Shown here piece by piece: positions 18,509-27,766 of a stretch of DNA of 52,874 nt (its first letter is position 1; each line of letters starts with the position of its first letter). Origin of the DNA: Candidatus Tayloriibacteriota bacterium (GTDB lineage: Bacteria > Patescibacteriota > Minisyncoccia > Phycocordibacterales > CAIZLB01); contig VEQN01000005.1 of assembly GCA_018883165.1 (NCBI GenBank), positions 1 through 52,874 on the forward strand. The letters run 5' to 3'. The notes below the pieces were generated by a model. It saw nothing but the letters and a program-made list of their open reading frames with translations. It had not been told where the DNA came from and ran no database searches. Both the position numbers and the translations under genes were made by a program.

Positions 18509-19249
18509 TTACTTTGCCAATTGCCACAAAAACTTAAAGTTATTTCTAAATGACTCAACAATCGCTGGGTTACGCATGATAAATGCGATCGGTTCTTTAG
18601 CACTCCATACACCCATTACAACCATAGTATCTGAGACATTAAAACAACTAGGGTTAAAATATTCTTTAGGCAGTCGCTTCATATTGTATTTTGATGCAAA
18701 AGGTCTGTCCTTTTTTATAATTTGCATCAAATCATCATCAGCAATCATTGAGATATAAGCACCTTTTTTGAATATACCCTTGTCTAGATCTGCAAAAAAG
18801 TCTCTTATGCTTTTCCTCTTACCATAATACGCAGAGTATGTGACCACATTCACGATTTCCCCTTTCTTCAATTCCGACGCCATAATTTCATATGCTCGTT
18901 TGAATCCAGATACACCTTGGTACACATTAACTTCATTTCTTTCATTTTCTGGAACCGGAAGCATCTTAATATCTTTCAATAGTTCCTCTAAAGCCTTAGT
19001 CTGTTCTTTTGATTCTTCAATGAGCGAGTCGGGCATTTCCGCTTGGTAATATTTAATATTGTTTTTTACCTGGTATGAGACCAAACCCTTCTTTATTAAA
19101 GATTCAAGACTTGCATACACACTTGAACTAGATATGCCCGATGTAGAGATTATCTTTCCCGTCTTCTGTCTGCCTTGCAAAAGCAAAGTATTGTATACCC
19201 TAATTTCATTATCGTTTAAACCTATTTTTTTAAGTATTTCTAAATTCAT
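18509..19249 (-). CDS. TrmB-family transcriptional regulator
   Basis: LKKIGLNDNEIRVY..LL...VYASLESLIKKGLV and V.VYQG..G pattern; start reassigned to ATG 19249. Confidence 0.85.
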   Translation of the reverse strand: MNLEILKKIGLNDNEIRVYNTLLLQGRQKTGKIISTSGISSSSVYASLESLIKKGLVSYQVKNNIKYYQAEMPDSLIEESKEQTKALEELLKDIKMLPVPENERNEVNVYQGVSGFKRAYEIMASELKKGEIVNVVTYSAYYGKRKSIRDFFADLDKGIFKKGAYISMIADDDLMQIIKKDRPFASKYNMKRLPKEYFNPSCFNVSDTMVVMGVWSAKEPIAFIMRNPAIVESFRNNFKFLWQLAK

Positions 19250-19345
19250 ACATATTACTCTCCAATGTGAGAGAGTTTGTGCACATAATAGTAATACATG
19301 TATACATGATTGTAAATAGCTATTACCCAGCTGTTTAAAACCAAT

Positions 19346-20428
19346 ATGAACAAGATAAAATATATAATTATAGCCACAATACTCGTACTCATCGCGGTGA
19401 GTACGATGCACACAAAGGAAACCAAAGAAGCAAGACTTGGTGCCGTATTCCACAGCACCGGTTTCGCATCTTTTGTGGGTGAAGAATCAAGAAACGGATT
19501 ATTACTAGCACTCAAGGATACAGGCTTCCCTGCCGAACGAGTCGTTATTGAAGATGGTAAATCTGATGTGACAGGATCAGTAAACGCTGTGAATAAATTG
19601 GTACATGTAGATAAGGTACAGGCGATAATTGGACCGGAGTGGACCGAGTTTGGTGCAGCAGTTGCACCAATCGCAAGTACCAACAAAATACCGATTATTT
19701 CCCCGTGGGTGGTTGCTGACTCTGATTTCGTGAAGCCACCGTATTTTTGGTCTATGACGCCATCGGATTTGGGTGAGCACAAAGCACTTGCACAATATAT
19801 GAAAAAGAAATCGGTAAAAAAAGTTGCGGTGATTAAAACCGTGAATACCTGGTCGAACATAAATGCAAAGCAAATAACAACAGAGCTGGCAAATCTTGGT
19901 ATCGAATACATAGAAATTAGCACAAATCCAGATCAGACAGATTTTAGAACCGAGATACTTAAGGTTAAGGAGTACAAGCCAGACTATGCATATTCAGCTA
20001 TATCAGATGACATGGGTCATGCAGCATTATGCAACCAAGTACTTGCACAGATAGGCGACATAATGATTGCTACACATAGCGCACGTGCCAAAGCAAAATC
20101 AACACTTGATAATCTTGGGCGATTTAAGAGCAAAGTTGTCTTTGCAGAGATGCATTCTGGCAACAAGCAAGATGAGTTTAATGAGAAATACAAAGCAATA
20201 TATGGTAAGTACCCTTCAGGCCCAAGCGCGGCGGCCACATATGATGCTGCAGTAATACTAATCAAAGGCCTGGCGAGTAACTTGAGTACAGTAGAATCAA
20301 TTTCTCAAGCTAATTACGAAGGTTACTCCGGCTACATACGATTTGATTCTAAAGGAAAACTTCCACTAAGAAATGCTTCTGTGTTTACATTTGATGAATC
20401 AGGGAAACAAGTTCCTCTTTTTAACTAA
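19346..20428 (+). CDS. LivJ-like (branched-chain amino acid type) substrate-binding protein
   Basis: TG.ASFVGE...G, IEDGKS, VQAIIGP, TDFRTEILK, AA.YDA, YEGYSG.I.FD. Confidence 0.88.
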   Translation: MNKIKYIIIATILVLIAVSTMHTKETKEARLGAVFHSTGFASFVGEESRNGLLLALKDTGFPAERVVIEDGKSDVTGSVNAVNKLVHVDKVQAIIGPEWTEFGAAVAPIASTNKIPIISPWVVADSDFVKPPYFWSMTPSDLGEHKALAQYMKKKSVKKVAVIKTVNTWSNINAKQITTELANLGIEYIEISTNPDQTDFRTEILKVKEYKPDYAYSAISDDMGHAALCNQVLAQIGDIMIATHSARAKAKSTLDNLGRFKSKVVFAEMHSGNKQDEFNEKYKAIYGKYPSGPSAAATYDAAVILIKGLASNLSTVESISQANYEGYSGYIRFDSKGKLPLRNASVFTFDESGKQVPLFN

Positions 20429-20432
20429 GGGT

Positions 20433-20480
20433 TGAAACAACAAAACACCTCCCTGTTACAGGAGGTGTTTTGTTGTTTCA
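20433..20480. terminator. Bidirectional terminator
   Basis: tgaaacaacaaaacacctcc...ggaggtgttttgttgtttca (20-bp arms) between convergent genes. Confidence 0.9.
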
Positions 20481-20482
20481 GC

Positions 20483-20686
20483 TTATGCTGCTACGTAAGG
20501 AAGGAGTCCCATGAATCGGGCTCGCTTGATTGCTGTAGCCAACTGTCGCTGGTGTTTAGCTGTCACACCTGTCTTCTTTCGAGACATAATTCGACCCTGA
20601 GGATTGATGAACTTTGAGATGATCGCAGTATCCTTATAGTCGATATGCTGAATGTTGTTTTGTGTGAAATAGCACTGTTTTGCCAT
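20483..20686 (-). CDS. rpsR: 30S ribosomal protein bS18
   Basis: IDYKD...GRI..R..TG...QRQLA.AIKRAR..GLLPY. Confidence 0.98.
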   Translation of the reverse strand: MAKQCYFTQNNIQHIDYKDTAIISKFINPQGRIMSRKKTGVTAKHQRQLATAIKRARFMGLLPYVAA

Positions 20687-20732
20687 ATTCGTTTATATAT
20701 ATATGCCGTACTCTACTATGTGAATCTACAAA

Positions 20733-21200
20733 CTAGAATGGAATGTCTTCTGGATTAATTTCCTCTTCTGGATAATCCATGCTTGGCATATTGTCGAGCG
20801 CGTTATCTTCTTTAGAAGATTTTGGTGCTGACTTAGGTTCATATGAACCACCTTGGTTTGAACCAGCATCTCCTCGTCGTTCACCGAATTGAACTCGGTC
20901 AGCAACTACTTCTGTTCGATACTGTTTCTTACCATCTTGCCCATCCCAACTTCGTGTTTGCATTCGTCCTTCTACATAGACAGAACTACCTTTTTTCAAG
21001 TACTGAGCAGCTGTTTCAGCTTGTCTACCAAATACCACAATGTTGTGATAATCAGCTGACTCTTGCTTAGCACCTTTCGCGTCTTTCCAGACTCGATTAG
21101 TTGCTACAGAGAAACTTGCTACCGACATACCTGAAGGCAATGCTTTTAATTCAGGATCCCTTGTTAAATTACCGATAATAAATGCTTTGTTAAGATACAT
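20733..21200 (-). CDS. ssb: Single-stranded DNA-binding protein
   Basis: LNK..IIGNLTRDPE, VEGR.QTR, C-terminal DIPF. Confidence 0.99.
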   Translation of the reverse strand: MYLNKAFIIGNLTRDPELKALPSGMSVASFSVATNRVWKDAKGAKQESADYHNIVVFGRQAETAAQYLKKGSSVYVEGRMQTRSWDGQDGKKQYRTEVVADRVQFGERRGDAGSNQGGSYEPKSAPKSSKEDNALDNMPSMDYPEEEINPEDIPF

Positions 21201-21228
21201 GGATGTATTGTATCAATTTGGTTATTGA

Positions 21229-21687
21229 TTAATCAACCTGTACTTCTTCTGGAGCTTCAGTTGGTTCTGTACCAGCTTCTGTGGCTTCCTTAGTTCCTTT
21301 CTTTGAAGAAACTTCCTTTGCACCAACGAGAGTGTTCTCTCGTACAGTTGCAATGAGAAGGTATCGGAGTATTGGCTCAAAAGCTTTTACCTCTTTTTCA
21401 AAAGCAGGAATTTCTTCTGCGTTAAGTTCAAACTTAACCCATCCAAAATATGCCTCTGTGTATCGCTTTTTTTGCGCCTTAACTGTCTTTGATATTTCGT
21501 AAGCGAGATTAGTCATTTCAGGAGTTCCCTCCGCGATGAACGTACCCCCTTTCTTTTCAATCAAAGATTTAAGATGCGAAAATGGAACCGCAACCTCGTC
21601 TTCAGAAAGAGTTGGAACAAAATGGAATCCGAGTTCATATACTCGTACACCCTCTTGTCGCTCATTTGTGTCTTTTTCTATTGACAT
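21229..21687 (-). CDS. rpsF: 30S ribosomal protein bS6
   Basis: YEL...P, LAYEI, ILRYL motifs; rpsF-ssb-rpsR synteny. Confidence 0.93.
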   Translation of the reverse strand: MSIEKDTNERQEGVRVYELGFHFVPTLSEDEVAVPFSHLKSLIEKKGGTFIAEGTPEMTNLAYEISKTVKAQKKRYTEAYFGWVKFELNAEEIPAFEKEVKAFEPILRYLLIATVRENTLVGAKEVSSKKGTKEATEAGTEPTEAPEEVQVD

Positions 21688-21728
21688 GGGCTACACACTA
21701 CCACAGGTTAAGGTGTAATGCAACCAAA

Positions 21729-22529
21729 TTACTGAAGCTTAAATGCTGAAATAGCGTTATTTAACAAGGCTATTCTGACTGTCTCAAATTCCAGACCCTT
21801 AATCTCCGCTATCTTTTTAACCACCTCAGTGACATACAAGGGTTCGTTCCGTCTCCCCCTGAAAGGCACCGGGGCAACAAATGGACAGTCGGTCTCAGAA
21901 AGCATCCTATTTAATGGCACAAAACGAACTAGTTCCTCATACTGCTTCGCAAACGTGATTACACCCGTGAAAGATATTGTGAATCCCAAATCCAAGAATG
22001 CCTGTGCTTCCTCAATGCTACCAGCAAAGAAGTGTGCATTCCCTCTCAATTTTGTACCATACACACTGAAGCAATCTTTAAGTATTTCTAAAATCTTTCC
22101 ATATGATTCTCTCGCATGAATCATTATTGGCTTATCATATTTCACCGCAAGAGCAATTTGTGCTCGGAAATCCTCTTCTTGAATTCTCAAATATTCCTCC
22201 TTGTTTTCCGCTGGGTCAAGCCTATATACATCAATACCACACTCTCCTACCGCAACGGTCTTTTGATGAGCAACCAACGGCTCAAAATCATGAGTATTAA
22301 ATCTGTTCATAGGTGTTACCTCAGTTGGATGAAGTCCGACAATACCGTATACGCCATCATATTTCTCAGACAAACTCACAATTTGTTTTGATGCCTCAAG
22401 AGTAGTACCGACATTAATCATCAGTACTCCTGCTTCCTTTGCACGTGAAAGGACTTCCTCCCGATCCGGGTCATACTCTTCGAAGTTTACATGTGCATGT
22501 ACGTCAATGTATTTTGCAGATTCAATCAT
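21729..22529 (-). CDS. tatD: TatD-family nuclease
   Basis: D.HAH, GLHP, AVGECGID, IHAR, ETDCPF, RNEP. Confidence 0.95.
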   Translation of the reverse strand: MIESAKYIDVHAHVNFEEYDPDREEVLSRAKEAGVLMINVGTTLEASKQIVSLSEKYDGVYGIVGLHPTEVTPMNRFNTHDFEPLVAHQKTVAVGECGIDVYRLDPAENKEEYLRIQEEDFRAQIALAVKYDKPIMIHARESYGKILEILKDCFSVYGTKLRGNAHFFAGSIEEAQAFLDLGFTISFTGVITFAKQYEELVRFVPLNRMLSETDCPFVAPVPFRGRRNEPLYVTEVVKKIAEIKGLEFETVRIALLNNAISAFKLQ

Positions 22530-22688
22530 ATATACGGTATATCATAGTATTTGACAGTAGTATTGCAAGGTGTACGATTTGTGTAGATATACGGAGCATA
22601 GAGATGTGTACATATCTTGTGAGCACATCCCTATGCTTAGCGAACATTCTGTTCTCTGACATAGTTCCAACCAGAAATTCACCCTTCT

Positions 22689-22973
22689 ATGCCAGACTCA
22701 ATCTACCACACCATCTCCTCGATCATCGCAGCATTAATGCTGTATGCATTCTACACACACAGCTTCATGCTTCTCTCTGCCTGCCTCATCTGGTATGGCA
22801 TCGGCATCTATGCTGCAAACTCGCACCTTAACTGGTGCAAGAATGCTGGAAAACATGTCGAGCATCCCTGGAGATTTTTCTGTTGGTTCTCATTCAATGG
22901 TGTCATACTCCTCATCGCAACAAAAACGTATGAGATGTGGCACTCAAAGACTCAAAATCAACTGACTGAATGA
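22689..22973 (+). CDS. Small membrane ORFan (94 aa)
   Basis: Hydrophobic segments; own promoter (TTGACA-16-TACGAT, about 22551-22578), 5' hairpin and downstream terminator (22988-23014). Confidence 0.55.
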   Translation: MPDSIYHTISSIIAALMLYAFYTHSFMLLSACLIWYGIGIYAANSHLNWCKNAGKHVEHPWRFFCWFSFNGVILLIATKTYEMWHSKTQNQLTE

Positions 22974-23013
22974 AATTCCAGTTCAGACACCCGTTCCCAT
23001 TAGAACACGGGTG

Positions 23014-24462
23014 TTACTCTTTTCTCAAAAACAGTGGTTCAACAGGCATCTTATTCTGCTTCACACATTCTTTTATTTTCTTTGAAGTATCTGGGAGAAG
23101 TGGTTGTAACATTAATGCAACACTGTAGAGAGCAATCACAAGTTCTTGTATGAGGACCACGCCTGTTTCTTTATCTGTCTTAATAACTGAAAAAGGTTTT
23201 TTCTCTTGTATAAAGAGATCAAGACTTTGTATACGTGACCACACAAATTGTGATACTTTAACAAAGTCGTATTCTGCACAAATATCAAAAAAAGTATCTG
23301 GAATCTGGACACCACTCACATCTACAGGCCCAACAAGATTAGCCTCCGCCATTTTCATAATTCTACTGGTTAGGTTTCCAATCCCGTTCGCAAGCTTCGC
23401 ATTGTATGCCTCTTTGAATCTCTCCATCGTAAATGGACTATCCTCGAATGCTGACAACTCTGAAAGACAGAAGAATCGCAAAGCATCTGTCCCATATTCT
23501 TTCACTACATCATACGGATTAACAACATTACCAAGTGATTTAGACATCTTTACACCACCCTCCCCTGTGAGAAAACCATCAATCACAATCTGATGCGTAT
23601 TTGGGAGATGAGCAGCCATGAGCATCGCTTGCCACATTGCTGACTGTTGTCTTAAGTTATCCTTTCCACAATATTGTATTGGGGTTCCGTTTCTCCAATA
23701 TATATCAAATGCATCTTCATCTGTTGGCCACCCAAGTGTTGAGATGTAGTTTACCAATGCATCAAACCATACATACATTACATGTTCCTCATCACCTGGA
23801 ACAGGAACACCCCATGACATTTTGCTTTTTTGTCTTGAGATACTAAAGTCTTGCAGTCCACGACTTACAAATGATTTAATCTCATTGAATCGAAAATCTG
23901 GTATTACAAAGTTAGGATGTGATTCATAGAAAGAGAGAAGTTTCTCACCAAATTCCGAGAATTTAAAGAAGTAATTTTCTTCCTCAATAAGTTCCAACTC
24001 TTTGTTTGGATGTATTGGACACTTACCATCAACAAGCTCAGAATCAGTTTTCTCAAGCTCACATCCTACACAATATTTAGCTTGATAGTTTTTCTTATAT
24101 ATATACCCATTCTGAAAACACCTGTTCCAGAACTCTTGTGCTGCTTTTTCATGCTTTGGATCAGTTGTACGAATGAAATGTACATCATTTGAGATATGTA
24201 AAAGATCTTTGAGACCCTTAAATTGTTCTGCATAACCATCCACATATGTCTGTACGCTTTTCCCCTCTTTCAAAGCAGCATCATAGAGCTTCTGACCATG
24301 CTCATCTGTTCCAGTATTAAAAAACACCTCATATCCCTGAAGCTTCTTCACTCGTGCAACAGCATCAGCCCTGATGAGTTCCGTAGCAAAGCCAACATGC
24401 GGATCCGCATTTACATACGGCAATGTTGTGGTTATATAGAAATGTTTTTTTGCTGATTCCAT
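23014..24462 (-). CDS. metG: Methionine--tRNA ligase (short form)
   Basis: YITTTLPYVN..PHVG, GTDEHG, YC..CE, YVWFDAL, KMSKSLGN. Confidence 0.97.
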   Translation of the reverse strand: MESAKKHFYITTTLPYVNADPHVGFATELIRADAVARVKKLQGYEVFFNTGTDEHGQKLYDAALKEGKSVQTYVDGYAEQFKGLKDLLHISNDVHFIRTTDPKHEKAAQEFWNRCFQNGYIYKKNYQAKYCVGCELEKTDSELVDGKCPIHPNKELELIEEENYFFKFSEFGEKLLSFYESHPNFVIPDFRFNEIKSFVSRGLQDFSISRQKSKMSWGVPVPGDEEHVMYVWFDALVNYISTLGWPTDEDAFDIYWRNGTPIQYCGKDNLRQQSAMWQAMLMAAHLPNTHQIVIDGFLTGEGGVKMSKSLGNVVNPYDVVKEYGTDALRFFCLSELSAFEDSPFTMERFKEAYNAKLANGIGNLTSRIMKMAEANLVGPVDVSGVQIPDTFFDICAEYDFVKVSQFVWSRIQSLDLFIQEKKPFSVIKTDKETGVVLIQELVIALYSVALMLQPLLPDTSKKIKECVKQNKMPVEPLFLRKE

Positions 24463-24500
24463 ATATCGGAAATACTAGCACGAATCCTTTGTATTTAGAA

Positions 24501-25586
24501 TTAGGTAATATTCTCTGTTGTACTAAACCTCTTGTTCTTTTCAACGTCTTCAATGAGTTCCATAAGTACTACAGAAAGAGGTACAGCAAGAAGTGCTCCG
24601 ACGAGACCGGCAAGTTCTGCACCGGCAACAAGGGCAATGATGACCATCAATGGAGGGATGCCAATGACTTTTTTAGCAACCAGTGGGTACATAATATGAG
24701 ATTCAATTTGTTGTATGACAACGTAGATGGCAATGACGATGAGTCCTAGTCCAAAACCACCATCAAGTGTTGCTAGGATAAATGCTGGAATCGCTGAGAT
24801 GGACATACCAACAATCGGTACGAGTTCAAATATGGCAGCGAGGAATGCAAGAAGCAGTGCATGAGGAATACCTGCGATTAAGAGAGCAACATAAGTCAAG
24901 ACCCCTACAAATAGACCGAGGAGCAATTGTCCCTGCATCCATTTACCAATTTTGTTTTGTGATCTCTGCCACAATCCTTTCACATACTTTTCATATCGAA
25001 GAGGTGTAATGATTGATAAGAACTCACCGACACCATCATCCCGCACAGAGAGATAGAACGATATTACCACCACAAGCACAATACTCACGACACCTCCAAA
25101 AAATCCTGTCACCGTATCAAACAAACCTCCAGAAAATTGTGAGAGAGCGCCCGCAGTGTATCCTGCCAAATCACCAATTGAAATTGTATTCGGAATATCT
25201 GGGAAGAATGTCTTTACACTCTTGTATGCGTTACCTGTGAGTGGGTTGAATATATCAATAGTTTTTACATATTTAGGCAAACTATTTAACGCTGATGCGG
25301 TTTCAGAAAATAGTGGAGGTACCACAAACGAAAATGTTGCTGCTGCGACAGCTGCAATTCCGATATACATAATTGAAGCTGCAAATACTCTTTGTATCCC
25401 CCTTCTAGTTAACCATCGTGTTCCTGGCTCAATTACAGATGCAATTACCACAGCAGAGATGAGAACCAAGATGAGGCCCCTGAGTGTAATTGCTGCATAA
25501 ATACACAAAACAAAAATGGCAACCTTGAACAGAGTGCCCATGCTAATTTCTATTGTCAATTTTTGTTTTGGTCGAGGCTCTTCCAT
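24501..25586 (-). CDS. AI-2E (PerM) family transporter
   Basis: Multi-TM; W.QGQL, E.VP.VG, QQIE...YP, G.VGALLAVP. Confidence 0.92.
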   Translation of the reverse strand: MEEPRPKQKLTIEISMGTLFKVAIFVLCIYAAITLRGLILVLISAVVIASVIEPGTRWLTRRGIQRVFAASIMYIGIAAVAAATFSFVVPPLFSETASALNSLPKYVKTIDIFNPLTGNAYKSVKTFFPDIPNTISIGDLAGYTAGALSQFSGGLFDTVTGFFGGVVSIVLVVVISFYLSVRDDGVGEFLSIITPLRYEKYVKGLWQRSQNKIGKWMQGQLLLGLFVGVLTYVALLIAGIPHALLLAFLAAIFELVPIVGMSISAIPAFILATLDGGFGLGLIVIAIYVVIQQIESHIMYPLVAKKVIGIPPLMVIIALVAGAELAGLVGALLAVPLSVVLMELIEDVEKNKRFSTTENIT

Positions 25587-25665
25587 GGGTCTAAGTTGTA
25601 CTTACAGAATACCACTTGAACCCATAGACGTGAAGAGAGGTTTAATATTACAAAATCCCCTTAAT

Positions 25666-26955
25666 TTACCTTATCTTTTTGAGGTACTCTACGAATTGTG
25701 GTTTGTCTTTTTCCCTGAATGGACCAACTATTGCCAAGTTCGCTTTTTGTGCCTGAATTAAATCTTTAGCCACCATATGTACCTGTTTAGATGTAATAGA
25801 AGAAATCTCATCCGCTCGTGTCTTAGGGAGTGAAAATTTTCCTTTAACAACCTCCTCTCTTCCAAAGAAGTTCGCGTAGTCTTCAACAGTTTCAAGATGA
25901 AGCACAAGACCTGACAATCGATACTCTCTGACTTTCTCCATCTCATGTTCTGTTACCCCTTCCTTTTTTATCTTAACCAACTCTTCAACAATTCCCTGGA
26001 TTGCTTCCCCTACTCGATCATTTGAAACACCCGCAGATACGGTTAACTCACCTGTATCAAAACCTGTATTCAAATTTGCATATACGTAATAGCAGATACC
26101 AAGTTCTTCCCTCATCTTATGATACAAACGAGAACTCATACCACCCGAGAGCGCAGCGATGAGTGACTTACCAGCTTGTACTCGCTTATCTCTAAAATCA
26201 AACCCCCTAAACGAAAGGACCAGATGCGTCTGATCTGTTTCTTTGTATTGTATAGACACTTGAGGCTGATTCTGTGAGACCGATGTCTTTTGGAATTGAT
26301 TCTTCTTTCCCGACTTTAATGTACCAAACAATTTCTGTATATCTGTATCAGCACTTTTTTCAGCAATATTACCTGCGACAATAACCACTGTATTCTTGGC
26401 AGTATATTGACCACTGTGATATTTCAACAAATTGTCTCTGTTAAATGAACTTACAGTTTCTTTGGTTCCAATAATATCTCTTCCCGCAGGTTGGTCACCA
26501 TACAACAATTCAGAAGAGAGCTTCTGAACTCGGTATTGGGGATCATCCATATACATATTCATCTCTTGGATAACCACTCCTTGTTCTTTTTTAATCTCAT
26601 CCTCCGGAAACACTGAGTTTAAATATATATCAGACACCATCTCAATAATCTTCGCACCGTGTTTTTTATGTGCTCGTGCATAGTAACCAGTATATGCTCT
26701 TCCAGTGAACGCATTGTAGTCAGCACCAATCCTATCAAACTCCAACGCAATATCTTTTGCAGTTGGTCTTTTTACAGTTCCCTTGAAACACATATGTTCC
26801 AAGAAATGTGCCAATCCACTTTCTATCTTTGTCTCAAAATCTGCTCCAGTACCCACAAGAACCATAGCTAAGACAGTCTCAGTGTTCTTCATCGGAATAT
26901 ATAGATATCGGAGCCCGTTTGTAAGTGTCTTTTTCTTTGGAATTGGTGTTTGCAT
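25666..26955 (-). CDS. M16 (pitrilysin-like) zinc peptidase
   Basis: GLAHFLEHM.FKGT, NAFT, GGMSSRL. Confidence 0.95.
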   Translation of the reverse strand: MQTPIPKKKTLTNGLRYLYIPMKNTETVLAMVLVGTGADFETKIESGLAHFLEHMCFKGTVKRPTAKDIALEFDRIGADYNAFTGRAYTGYYARAHKKHGAKIIEMVSDIYLNSVFPEDEIKKEQGVVIQEMNMYMDDPQYRVQKLSSELLYGDQPAGRDIIGTKETVSSFNRDNLLKYHSGQYTAKNTVVIVAGNIAEKSADTDIQKLFGTLKSGKKNQFQKTSVSQNQPQVSIQYKETDQTHLVLSFRGFDFRDKRVQAGKSLIAALSGGMSSRLYHKMREELGICYYVYANLNTGFDTGELTVSAGVSNDRVGEAIQGIVEELVKIKKEGVTEHEMEKVREYRLSGLVLHLETVEDYANFFGREEVVKGKFSLPKTRADEISSITSKQVHMVAKDLIQAQKANLAIVGPFREKDKPQFVEYLKKIR

Positions 26956-26974
26956 ATACCTGAAGTCTACATAA

Positions 26975-27018
26975 ACAAAAACAGCCTAGCAACTTGCGTT
27001 GCTAGGCTGATGTTTTTT
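26975..27018 (-). terminator. Intrinsic terminator after the GC-rich ORFan
   Basis: cagcctagcaac-ttgc-gttgctaggctg flanked by A/T tracts. Confidence 0.85.
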
Positions 27019-27055
27019 GGAGCCCGAGAATGTCTTACTCGACAACCACAGGTGT

Positions 27056-27619
27056 TCAAGACGACGGTGCCTCTGCCGAACGATCAGAAGCCTCATCAGG
27101 TTCATCAAGCTCACCCCGCATATCAGCACGGAGCACCGCTTCGCGAAGTGGCACTCGTGGTTTTGTAGGAAGCGGAGCCTCCACGAGCAGATCTTCTGGT
27201 GGCGATCTCCGCCACGACAGATGAACAGTGAAACCCAGATCCCGATTCGTAAGCACCGCAAACCAGCGCTCCGTATCATGATCAGAGTATGCACTCGCGT
27301 CATCTGCAAACCCCCGACTCTCAAGGATACTGAGCGCAGCTTTGAAATCATCTTTGTCGATTGCTCGCAGAGCGAAATGGCAAGTTGACGCTGGGTGAAC
27401 CCCAGAAACAACCTTCACAGGAAGACTTCCGGGTTTCCCCACGAAGATGAATCCAGTGTCTTCACTCAAGTCCACACCTTCAGGAAGCCGAGCGCCGAGA
27501 TGCTTCATTGCCCAAGCAATGGCATGTTTTTTTGATTTGCCAGTGTGGATTGCAACCACCGATCCGTAATCTTGGACCAATTTTCCATCGTTAACCAGGT
27601 CTTTGAGCGTGGTGCTCAT
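27056..27619 (-). CDS. Hypothetical protein, possibly a VOC/glyoxalase-like fold
   Basis: GGAGG SD 8 nt before ATG 27619; HFALR...FKAALSILESRG...WFAVLTN..GFTVHL resembles a beta-alpha-beta-beta-beta unit; GC-rich. Confidence 0.55.
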   Translation of the reverse strand: MSTTLKDLVNDGKLVQDYGSVVAIHTGKSKKHAIAWAMKHLGARLPEGVDLSEDTGFIFVGKPGSLPVKVVSGVHPASTCHFALRAIDKDDFKAALSILESRGFADDASAYSDHDTERWFAVLTNRDLGFTVHLSWRRSPPEDLLVEAPLPTKPRVPLREAVLRADMRGELDEPDEASDRSAEAPSS

Positions 27620-27766
27620 CTGAATTTCCTCCATATCAAACTTCCAGATGTTTGATTTGTTGTGTTGAGGTGCTACACGCTTGGTTTTAAGCCATGCGTA
27701 TGTTTCTTTTGTCTGGACAAAAGATCCTGGATAGGAGAGTACCACCAAAATATTGGTTTGGCAAGG

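Noticed and set aside
20430-20490. No rplI after rpsR
   Set aside because: rplI is often unlinked from rpsF-ssb-rpsR, so loss cannot be inferred from this window.
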